Positions 8,303 through 16,390 of a stretch of DNA of 25,351 bases are shown piece after piece. Within the stretch, counting starts at the first letter, position 1. Every line of letters begins with the position of its first letter. This DNA comes from a virus. Taxonomy: Duplodnaviria; Caudoviricetes. The DNA is taken from IMG/VR virus record IMGVR_UViG_3300020413_000072, positions 1-25,351 of that record. One strand, given 5' to 3'. The position numbers and the translations under genes are program-made. The notes under the pieces are model-generated. The model saw only the letters and a program-made list of their open reading frames with translations. It ran no database searches and was not told the DNA's origin.

Positions 8303-10035
8303 TGGCACAAAATCTTAAAATAAATATACTTGCACAAGATAAAACTAAACAAGCCTTTAATGGTATTAGAGGTAGATTAGATAAATTAAAAAGTGCAGTG
8401 TTTTCAGTTAGGGGTGCATTAGTTGGTATTGGTGCTGGTGTTGTTATAAAATCATTTGTTGATACAGGAAGAAGTGTTGAAGATTTACAAGTTAGATTAA
8501 AACAATTATTTGGATCTGCACAAGAAGGTGCAAAAGCTTTTGATGTAATGGCAAATTTTGCAGGCAAAGTTCCTTTTTCACTAGAGCAAATTCAAGCAGC
8601 TTCGGGAAATTTAGCAGTTGTTGCTGGAGATTCAGATAGATTAGCAAAAATTTTAGAAATCACAGGTAACGTCGCAGCAGTTACAGGAATTGATTTTCAA
8701 ACTGCTGGTGAACAAATACAAAGATCATTTACTGCTGGTATTTCATCTGCTGATATTTTTAGAGAAAAAGGTGTAAGAGATATGCTTGGCTTTAAAGCTG
8801 GTGCAACTATTACAGCAGAAGAAACTATAAAAGCATTTGAAAGAGTGTTCGGAAAAGATGGTAAATTTGGTGGTGCAACAGATGAACTTGCTAATACATT
8901 TACAGGAACATTATCAATGCTTGGCGATAAATTATTTAACTTTAAAAAGAATGTTGCTAATGCAGAATTTTTTAGTTCTTTAAAAGGAGAATTTAAAGAC
9001 TTAAATAAATTTATTGAAGAAAATGCAGATGCTTTTGAAACTATATCTGAAATTATTGGTTCTGTATTATCTAGTGCGGTCAAACTATTTTCAATATCTA
9101 TAAAAAGCGTTGCAACAGCAGTTGGTGGTGTTCGTAGTGCTTACGAGGGTTTGTTAAACATACTTAACAAGATACCAGGTATTGATATTCAATTTATTAA
9201 TAAACAACAAAGACAAATTTTAAGAGATTTAGACAATTATGAAGATAGCATTATGCGTATTGGTAAAGCACAAGAAAAAGTAAATGTAACTTTAGCCAAA
9301 GCAACAGAAGAAGTTAAAAAACAAAAACGAGAACATAAAAATATACATCAAGCATATATTAGTCATAAAAAACAAATTGAAGCAACTAATCATTTACACA
9401 TAGATATACATTCTAAATTAAAAGCACAAAATGTTCAATTTAGTTTAAGTGCAGAAATATTTAGTTTAATGACTTCAACAGTTGAATCTTTTTCAAGAGG
9501 CATTGCAGAGTCATTAGTATTAGGTAAAAGCATGGCAGAAACTTTTAAAAATATTGCTAGAAATTTATTAATAGAAATTATTGCTAAGACAATTCAAAGA
9601 ATAGCATTATTAACAATAGAAAAATTGTTATTAGGAAAATTGTTTGATCAGGAAAATGCTAGACTTAACACAGAAAAAAACATTACAAGTGAAAAGAAAA
9701 AACAAGTGGCACTTCAAGCAATGCTTATGGCAATGGGAGGTGGTGGTGGTGGAGGATTTTTTTCTTTTTTAGGATTTGCAAAAGGGGGTGCAGTATCAAA
9801 AGGCAATCCAGTAGTAGTTGGAGAAAATGGTCCAGAATTATTTGTACCTAACCAAACAGGACAAATTACACAATCTGCTAGAGGCACAGGTGGTGGAAGT
9901 GGTACAACAGTTAATTTTAATATTAATACAGTTGATGCAAGTGGCTTTGAAGATTTACTATTTAGATCAAGAGGAACTATATCAGCATTAATTAATCAAG
10001 CTGTAAATGAACAAGGTAGAGGAAGTGTAATTTAA
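8302..10035 (+). CDS. Tail tape measure protein
   Basis: 577 aa. N-terminal tape-measure domain (FAGKVPFSLEQI), helical middle, and C-terminal FAKGG...VVGENGPELFVP motif. Confidence 0.93.
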   Translation: MAQNLKINILAQDKTKQAFNGIRGRLDKLKSAVFSVRGALVGIGAGVVIKSFVDTGRSVEDLQVRLKQLFGSAQEGAKAFDVMANFAGKVPFSLEQIQAASGNLAVVAGDSDRLAKILEITGNVAAVTGIDFQTAGEQIQRSFTAGISSADIFREKGVRDMLGFKAGATITAEETIKAFERVFGKDGKFGGATDELANTFTGTLSMLGDKLFNFKKNVANAEFFSSLKGEFKDLNKFIEENADAFETISEIIGSVLSSAVKLFSISIKSVATAVGGVRSAYEGLLNILNKIPGIDIQFINKQQRQILRDLDNYEDSIMRIGKAQEKVNVTLAKATEEVKKQKREHKNIHQAYISHKKQIEATNHLHIDIHSKLKAQNVQFSLSAEIFSLMTSTVESFSRGIAESLVLGKSMAETFKNIARNLLIEIIAKTIQRIALLTIEKLLLGKLFDQENARLNTEKNITSEKKKQVALQAMLMAMGGGGGGGFFSFLGFAKGGAVSKGNPVVVGENGPELFVPNQTGQITQSARGTGGGSGTTVNFNINTVDASGFEDLLFRSRGTISALINQAVNEQGRGSVI

Positions 10036-10655
10036 TGTCAGGTGCTTTTCCAATATCAACTGCTAAGTTTTCTACATTAGGAATTAAAAGTACACAAAAC
10101 ACTTTAGTTTCAATAACTGATAGTGGTAAAAAATTATCAAGACAAATTGATGGTCAAAGATTTGGATTTACTGCACAAGTTATAACTGCAAAACGATTAG
10201 ATGTTTATGGAGAACTTATGGCTTTTATAATGAAACAAAGATCAAGCAAAGAAAACTTTACTATTATTCCACCAGAAGTTTCTAATGCTAGAGGTAACGA
10301 AACAGCAACGATACAAGTTAATGGCTCACACACTGCTGGAGATACTACTATTACTGTTAATGGCCATCACAATAACAACCCTAACGCATTTAGAAGTGGA
10401 GATTTTATAAAGTTTGCTAATCATACAAAAGTTTATATGATTGTAGCTGATGTAAACCCATCTAGTAATGCCTCAACTTTAACAATAGAGCCACCCTTAA
10501 TATCAAATTTAGCAGATGACGAAGTTGTAACTTATGACAATGTACCTTTTACAGTTTATATGACAAATAGTATTCAAGAGTTTGGAGTAGTGGGTGCAAC
10601 AAAAGATGGAGATGCTTTATATCAATTTGAAATTGATGTAGAAGAAGCACTATAG
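10035..10655 (+). CDS. Distal tail (Dit-like) protein
   Basis: First gene after the tape measure, with GDFIKF...KVYMIV...LTIEPPL and terminal EIDVEEAL. Confidence 0.7.
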   Translation: MSGAFPISTAKFSTLGIKSTQNTLVSITDSGKKLSRQIDGQRFGFTAQVITAKRLDVYGELMAFIMKQRSSKENFTIIPPEVSNARGNETATIQVNGSHTAGDTTITVNGHHNNNPNAFRSGDFIKFANHTKVYMIVADVNPSSNASTLTIEPPLISNLADDEVVTYDNVPFTVYMTNSIQEFGVVGATKDGDALYQFEIDVEEAL

Positions 10656-10886
10656 ATGACAAAATATTTAGTGAGGCACTATGTTACTGCTGATTTTATA
10701 GCAGAAAAAATAGTAGATGAATCAGAAATAGATTCAGAAAAAAACAATTTAAAACAAAATACTATTCCAGATGGAAGTTTTAGCTTTATTATGGTAGAAC
10801 AAAGCGAAAAGTTAATAAGAACAACCTACGAAAAATATGACGAGAGCCTTAACAACAGCAGTAAAGAACCAATTAGCAACAAATGA
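10656..10886 (+). CDS. Small hypothetical protein within the tail module
   Basis: The ATG immediately follows the Dit-like TAG. 76 aa, and it overlaps the next gene by 50 nt. Confidence 0.6.
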   Translation: MTKYLVRHYVTADFIAEKIVDESEIDSEKNNLKQNTIPDGSFSFIMVEQSEKLIRTTYEKYDESLNNSSKEPISNK

Positions 10887-11403
10887 TATAAGACCAGTTC
10901 ATCTTATTAGTATTGGGTTTAGTACTCCTGTTAATATAACTGATTGTTCTTTTCCTTTAACTTCTTCAATATCAGGTTCATCAGTTACATATTCTGCAAG
11001 TGATTTTATATTAGATATATCTAGTTTTGATGAACAAACTGATATTACAAAAGGCACATTAAATCTTACTTTATCTGGTGTAAATACAACATACATAGCA
11101 GTTGTGTTAAATGAAAATGTTATAAACGATAGTGTTACAATATTTAGAGGAATATTAAATAGTTCTAATACACTTATTGCAGACCCTATATTATTATATG
11201 AGGGTAAGATAGATGGATTTGATGTTAATGAAAGCAAAGACTCAAGTCTAGTTAATTTAAAAGTAGTATCTCATTGGGCAGATTTTGATAAAAAGTCAGG
11301 TCGAAAAACAAACAATACATCACAGCAAAGATTCTTTAGTACTGACGTTGGTTTTGATCATGCCTCAGAAATGGTTCAAGATATTAGGTGGGGTAGAAAA
11401 TAA
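10837..11403 (+). CDS. Baseplate hub-like / minor tail protein (lambda gpL / DUF2163-like N-terminal domain)
   Basis: LNLTLSGV...LYEGKIDG...SHWADF...GRKTN...QQRFF...DVGFD...IRWG pattern, in the position after Dit. Confidence 0.7.
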   Translation: MTRALTTAVKNQLATNDIRPVHLISIGFSTPVNITDCSFPLTSSISGSSVTYSASDFILDISSFDEQTDITKGTLNLTLSGVNTTYIAVVLNENVINDSVTIFRGILNSSNTLIADPILLYEGKIDGFDVNESKDSSLVNLKVVSHWADFDKKSGRKTNNTSQQRFFSTDVGFDHASEMVQDIRWGRK

Positions 11404-11804
11404 TGCAAGATATTATTTCACTTTATAGAAATTATAATAAATTTAATGTTTGTATAGATGATGATTTAGCATCTTATCTTTTACCAAGTATTAACTTAAA
11501 TCAATATAAAAAACATTATTATAATAATGAATTAATAGGTTTTACTAATTGGGCTTTATTATCTGATAATGCACACAACAGATTTAAACAGACAGCAATT
11601 ATTAATAATGAAGATTGGAATTCTGGTAATCATCTTTGGCATATAGAAACAATATGTAAATCAAATCTTAATAAAATAATGAAATGGACTAAATCCTTTT
11701 TAACTGAACAATTTGGAATAGGAAAACAAATTAATTGGTTAAGAATAAAAGATAATAAAATTGTTCGAGTTGTTACAAGAACTACAAAAAAAGGTTGGTT
11801 ATAA
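11403..11804 (+). CDS. RTX-toxin-activating lysine acyltransferase (HlyC/TAAT)-like protein
   Basis: LLPSINLNQY...IGFTNWALLS...EDWNSGNHLWHIETI...WLR matches, in order and spacing, the HlyC motifs recalled as VLPAIRANQY...VAYCSWANLS...EDWTSGDRKWFIDWI...AIR. Confidence 0.8.
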   Translation: MQDIISLYRNYNKFNVCIDDDLASYLLPSINLNQYKKHYYNNELIGFTNWALLSDNAHNRFKQTAIINNEDWNSGNHLWHIETICKSNLNKIMKWTKSFLTEQFGIGKQINWLRIKDNKIVRVVTRTTKKGWL

Positions 11805-14710
11805 TGGGTGGTTTTAATCCTTTTAAAATTATAAAAAAAGTTGTAAAGCCTGTTGTAAAAATAGTAAAAAAGGTTGTTAAAACTGCTGTAAACGTAGTTC
11901 AAAAAGCTGTTTCATGGGTTACACCATCTTTTCCATCATTTGATGCTGGTGGCACAGGTAGTGTAGGTTCGTTTGGCTCATCAGCTATGGATAATTATGA
12001 ACAAGGTATCATAATTAATAAACAATCTAATGACGCATCTATTCCTGTTGTTTATGGAGAGAGAATGGTTGGTGGAACAAGGGTATTTTTAAGGAGTTCA
12101 GGAAATTCAAATAATTATTTGTATATGGCACTTGCTTTAGCAGAGGGAGAAATAAACTCTGTAGAACAAATTTATGTTGATGATACACTTGTTGGCTGGT
12201 CAGGTGCTTTAACACACGGAACAACAAGAAATTCATATGCTGGAAAATATGGAACTAATATTTTAGTTCAATGTTTTATGGGTAAAGATGATCAAGTTGC
12301 TAGTAGTCTTTTAACTCCTGTATCTGGTTGGGGCTCTAATCATAGATTAAGAGGTGTTTGTTATTTAGCTTTTAGGTTTAAGTGGAATCAAAATAAATTT
12401 AGTGCTATTCCACAAGTCAAAGTTAAAATTAAAGGTAAAAAGGTTGTTACACTTGATTCTAATTTAAACGAATCATCAGAAACTTTTTCAACAAATCCAG
12501 CATTTTGTATTTTAGATTATTTAAGAAACACAAGATATGGAAAAGGTTTAGCAACAACTGATATTGACTTACAAAGTTTTTATGATGCTTCACAAGTTTG
12601 TATTACACAAGTAACGCCTTATTCAGGTGGTAGTGATATTAATATATTTGATACTAATTTTGTGCTTGATACAGGAAGAAAAGTAATTGATAATTTAAGA
12701 GAACTTATAAAAGGTTGTAGAGGATATTTACCATATACTCAAGGTAAGTATAAATTAATTATAGAAACAACAGGCTCTGCATCTATAACTTTAACAGAAG
12801 ATAATATTATTGGTGGTTATGTTTTATCAAGCCCAGATAAAAATTCTAAGTTTAACAGAGTTATTGCTACATATATTAACCCAGCTAGAAATTTCCAAGT
12901 AGATGAGGCACAGTTTCCACCTATTGATGATTCTGGATTACCAAGTGCAGATCAACACTCAACAATGAAAACTGCTGATGGTGGAGTATTGTTAGAGGGT
13001 CGTTTTGAGTTTCCGTCATTAACTTCAACATATCAAGCAGAAGAAATGGCAGAAATTATTTTAAGAAGATCAAGGGAAGCATTGGTATTACAAATAACAG
13101 CAGACTTTAATGCATACGATTTAGCGATTGGAGATATAGTAGGAATAACACATAGTTCACTTGGTTTTTCTGCTAAAAATTTTAGAGTTCTATCAATTAC
13201 ATTTAATGAAGATTATACAATTAGTTTAAATTTAGTAGAGCATCAAAACTCACATTATACATGGACATCAAAATCTGAAATTAGTTCAACACCTACAACA
13301 ACTTTACCAGACCCATTTACAACAATAAATTTATCAGAAGTTAGTAATTTTTTAACTGTGTCAGATACTATCGTTGCTTATAATGATGGTGTTATTATTA
13401 CTAAATTGTTAATTGATGTTTTACTTTTAGATCAATCTCAAGGATTTAGTGGAGATGGTACAGAGTTAGACCCACCAGATGCATTTTTTGATTATTTTGA
13501 AGTAGAAATATCTGAGGACAATCAAACATTTACAGAAGTAGGCTCAGGCAAACAATCAAGATTTGAAGTTTTAAATGTTAAAGATGATACTTTGTATTAT
13601 GTAAGAGTTAGATATGTTAATACAGCTGGTGTTAGATCAGATTATATAACTGCTAGTCATACTGTAGTTGGTCAATCTGCACCACCTAGTAATGTTCAAA
13701 ACTTTTCAATTAATGTAGTAGGCGATCAAGCAATATTAAGTTGGGACGCAGTAACAGATTTAGATTTGTCTTATTATGTTATTAAACACAATTCTAATAC
13801 TACAGGTGCTACATGGATTAACTCTAAAAATATAATAGATAAAATTGGACGACCAGCAACTACTGTTACAGTTCCTTTTTCTAGTGGAACTTATTTAATC
13901 AAAGCAGAAGATAAGAGAGGAAATCAATCACTTATTGAGACTTTAATTGTTTCAAATATAGAAACAGTTAACTACACATTAGAAACTACTATTAACGAAC
14001 ACACAGCATTTTCTGGTAGTAAAACAAATGTAGAAGTAGTTCAAAAAAATTCAGTTAATCATTTAGGTTTAACTGCAACAGGAACATTAGGAGTAGCATC
14101 AACATCTGTTCAAAGTTCAGGTACTTATGAATTTAATAATACAATTACATTACCAGCAGTATTTAAAGCTAAGTTTGAATCTAATGTTTTACAAATTGTA
14201 GAAGATGTTGCAAATTACATTGATGCTGGACGACCAAGTAGTTCAACTTTAATAGATAGTGGTAGCCCAGACCCTTTTGATGGAAAGACAGTTCAAAATT
14301 CAAATACAATATTACAAATAGCAACAAGTGATGATAACGTTACTTTTAGTGCTTTTCAAAACTTTACAACAGGAGAATTTTCAGGTCGTTATTTTAAATT
14401 TAAGGCTTTATTTACTTCTGCTGATCAAGATTCAAGAACTCTAGTAAACACACTTTCAGTTACAGCTAGTCTAAAAGAAAAATTAGAATCAGGTGCAGAT
14501 ATTGTTAGTGGTACAGGTGGCAAAACTATTACATATTCTAGTGCATTTAGATTAAATCCAGCAATTATAATTAGTGGTCAAAACATGGCAACAGGAGATT
14601 TCTTTACAATTACAAATAAAAGTACAACAGCATTTACTATTGAATTTTTTAATTCCTCTGGTACAAGTATTAACAGAACGTTTGATTTCCAAGCGAAAGG
14701 AACAGGATAA
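11804..14710 (+). CDS. Tail tip / central fibre protein (lambda gpJ-like, with FN3 domains)
   Basis: IPVVYGER-VGG, LAEGEI, HRLRGVCY, NPAFCILDYL...RYG and GDIVGITH motifs, plus FN3-like YYVRVRYVN and PPSNV...LSW. The start is most likely the ATG at 11804 (TAATG overlap) rather than 11795. Confidence 0.9.
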   Translation: MGGFNPFKIIKKVVKPVVKIVKKVVKTAVNVVQKAVSWVTPSFPSFDAGGTGSVGSFGSSAMDNYEQGIIINKQSNDASIPVVYGERMVGGTRVFLRSSGNSNNYLYMALALAEGEINSVEQIYVDDTLVGWSGALTHGTTRNSYAGKYGTNILVQCFMGKDDQVASSLLTPVSGWGSNHRLRGVCYLAFRFKWNQNKFSAIPQVKVKIKGKKVVTLDSNLNESSETFSTNPAFCILDYLRNTRYGKGLATTDIDLQSFYDASQVCITQVTPYSGGSDINIFDTNFVLDTGRKVIDNLRELIKGCRGYLPYTQGKYKLIIETTGSASITLTEDNIIGGYVLSSPDKNSKFNRVIATYINPARNFQVDEAQFPPIDDSGLPSADQHSTMKTADGGVLLEGRFEFPSLTSTYQAEEMAEIILRRSREALVLQITADFNAYDLAIGDIVGITHSSLGFSAKNFRVLSITFNEDYTISLNLVEHQNSHYTWTSKSEISSTPTTTLPDPFTTINLSEVSNFLTVSDTIVAYNDGVIITKLLIDVLLLDQSQGFSGDGTELDPPDAFFDYFEVEISEDNQTFTEVGSGKQSRFEVLNVKDDTLYYVRVRYVNTAGVRSDYITASHTVVGQSAPPSNVQNFSINVVGDQAILSWDAVTDLDLSYYVIKHNSNTTGATWINSKNIIDKIGRPATTVTVPFSSGTYLIKAEDKRGNQSLIETLIVSNIETVNYTLETTINEHTAFSGSKTNVEVVQKNSVNHLGLTATGTLGVASTSVQSSGTYEFNNTITLPAVFKAKFESNVLQIVEDVANYIDAGRPSSSTLIDSGSPDPFDGKTVQNSNTILQIATSDDNVTFSAFQNFTTGEFSGRYFKFKALFTSADQDSRTLVNTLSVTASLKEKLESGADIVSGTGGKTITYSSAFRLNPAIIISGQNMATGDFFTITNKSTTAFTIEFFNSSGTSINRTFDFQAKGTG

Positions 14711-14713
14711 TTT

Positions 14714-15022
14714 ATGTCACAAGTATCACAAATAGCGATTGATAACCAAACATTCGCAACTTTTAGAACAACATTAAACAGTAGTTTAAATGCGATAAAC
14801 ACAGGTCATTTAGGTGGCTCAAGACCAAGTTCTGCTGTAGCTGGGACTATTTGGTTAGATAATTCAGCAACTAACACAATAGCCATGAAATTGTTTGATG
14901 GCTCAGATGATCTAACATTATTTTCAGTAAATACATCAACCAACGCAATAACACTTCCTAGTGGTGTTTCTATTACAGAAACTGACCCAAGTGCTATTCC
15001 ATTTGCAATCGCTTTAGGGTAA
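14714..15022 (+). CDS. Short tail fibre/anchor-like structural protein
   Basis: FRTTLNSSLNAI...RPSSAVAGTIWLD motif seen in fibre N-termini, ending in AIALG. Confidence 0.6.
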   Translation: MSQVSQIAIDNQTFATFRTTLNSSLNAINTGHLGGSRPSSAVAGTIWLDNSATNTIAMKLFDGSDDLTLFSVNTSTNAITLPSGVSITETDPSAIPFAIALG

Positions 15023-15033
15023 AAGGATAAAAT

Positions 15034-15354
15034 ATGGCTAATAATTTTAATGATTCACAAGCAAGTTTAACAAACGCAAACTTAACTGATATTTTTACAG
15101 CTAGTAATAAATCTTTAGTTATTGCTGGAACTATTTCAAATACAACAACAACTTCAATTTTAGTAAGTTTAAAAAAATATGATAACTCAGCAAGTGCTGG
15201 AAAATTTATATTTGAAAATGTACCTTTACCAACAGGCTCATCTATTGAACTTCCTAAAATAGTTTTACAAACTTCTGACAAAATCCAAGCACAATCAGAT
15301 AATGCTTCTGGCCATGCTGATGTTCACTTACAACTTTTAACAGATGTATCATAA
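15034..15354 (+). CDS. Conserved small virion-associated protein
   Basis: 106-aa beta-rich protein (VPLPTGSSIEL...KIVLQTSDKI) preceding the fibre array, with an AAGGA RBS. Confidence 0.6.
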   Translation: MANNFNDSQASLTNANLTDIFTASNKSLVIAGTISNTTTTSILVSLKKYDNSASAGKFIFENVPLPTGSSIELPKIVLQTSDKIQAQSDNASGHADVHLQLLTDVS

Positions 15355-16133
15355 TGGGATATTTGGGCAACGCACCAGCACTAGCTTATACATCATTTGC
15401 TAAGCAAGACTTTACTGTATCAGCGACTACAAATTATTCTTTAGACCACCCTGTTGCGAACTCTAATGAACTAGCTTTGTTTATCAATTTTGTTCGACAA
15501 GAACCTACAACTAGTTATTCAGCAAGTGGTACTACATTAACACTAACAGAATCTACATCAGTTGGAGATGATATGTACTGTGTGTATTTAGGTAAAGCTG
15601 TTCAAACTGTAAATCCACCAAACTCTAGTGTTGGAACAAGTCAATTAGTAGATGGTGCTGTTTCAAGTAGTAAATTAAGTTCTGGTAAAGTTTTACAAGT
15701 AGTATCGGTTGTTGATGATACAGATGTAACAGTTAATAATCAAACATATACAGATACAGGCTTAACAGCAAACATAACACCAATTTCAACCTCATCTAAA
15801 GTTTTGGTAATGGTAATTCATGCAGTTTTGATTAGTAGTGGAGCTGGCTCTACTTTTGGAGGTATTAAATTATTAAGAGGTTCAACAGATATTTTCAATC
15901 CTAATTCTTCAAATAGCACTGGTCCATTTGCTATAGGAAATAATTTATACAGTTCAAATTATCTTTTCAGTCCAATGCAATTTCTTGATAGTCCAAACAG
16001 CACTGCACAACAATCATATAAGACACAATGTAGAGATTATAACACAACAGGTGCTTCTTATATTCGTATTAATTATCCTGGTTCAAGTGTCACTGGTAAA
16101 TCAGTTATGACACTTATGGAGGTATCAGCATAA
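15354..16133 (+). CDS. Tail fibre / receptor-binding protein 1
   Basis: MGYLG anchor region, SVGTSQL/AVSSSKL linker repeats and a C-terminal domain GKVLQVV...ITP...SSKVLV...LDSP...YK...TLMEV. Confidence 0.7.
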   Translation: MGYLGNAPALAYTSFAKQDFTVSATTNYSLDHPVANSNELALFINFVRQEPTTSYSASGTTLTLTESTSVGDDMYCVYLGKAVQTVNPPNSSVGTSQLVDGAVSSSKLSSGKVLQVVSVVDDTDVTVNNQTYTDTGLTANITPISTSSKVLVMVIHAVLISSGAGSTFGGIKLLRGSTDIFNPNSSNSTGPFAIGNNLYSSNYLFSPMQFLDSPNSTAQQSYKTQCRDYNTTGASYIRINYPGSSVTGKSVMTLMEVSA

Positions 16134-16204
16134 TGATATTAGATGCAATTTTAAAAATAAATCCAAATGCAAAAGTATCTATTAGAGGTTCAGATATAGA
16201 TACT
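16116..16204 (+). repeat. Imperfect direct repeat A, copy 1 (RBP1/partner 1 junction); copy 2 at 19188-19276
   Basis: atggaggtatcagcataatgatattagatgcaattttaaaaataaatccaaatgca versus atggaggttcaagcataatgattatagaagcaatacttaaaataaatcctaatgca. Confidence 0.8.
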
Positions 16205-16387
16205 TGCGAAATAACTTGGACTGATACAGCAGAAATATCAAAAGCAGATATTAAAGCAATGATGCCTGTTGTTGAACAAGAATTAAAAGATGCAGAAACA
16301 CAAAAAGAAACAAACGCATCTAATGGAAAACAAAAACTAAAAGATTTAGGATTAACTGACGCTGAAATAAAAGCGTTGATAGGATAA
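16133..16387 (+). CDS. Fibre partner/assembly chaperone 1
   Basis: TAATG-coupled to RBP1. Its N-terminus is similar to the 19205 product and its C-terminus (KQKLKDLGL) to the 18446 product. Confidence 0.6.
   Translation: MILDAILKINPNAKVSIRGSDIDTCEITWTDTAEISKADIKAMMPVVEQELKDAETQKETNASNGKQKLKDLGLTDAEIKALIG
16273..16372 (+). repeat. Imperfect direct repeat B, copy 1 (partner 1 C-terminus); copy 2 starts at 18628
   Basis: The 18-mer tgaacaagaattaaaaga is identical at 16273-16290 and 18628-18645, and both are followed by aaacaaaa(a/g)ctaaaaga(t/c)ttagg. Confidence 0.8.
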
Positions 16388-16390
16388 ATT

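Noticed and set aside
9735-9755. GGT repeat encoding poly-Gly in the tape measure as a contingency locus
   Set aside because: It is an in-frame, codon-varied Gly linker typical of TMP C-terminal regions.
11795-11803. ORF-track start (TTG) for the tail-tip gene
   Set aside because: The ATG at 11804 forms the TAATG overlap used throughout this operon and is the more plausible start.
11403-14710. Bona fide RTX toxin operon
   Set aside because: The downstream protein has tail-tip and FN3 motifs and no GGxGxDxUx repeats, and no T1SS genes are present.
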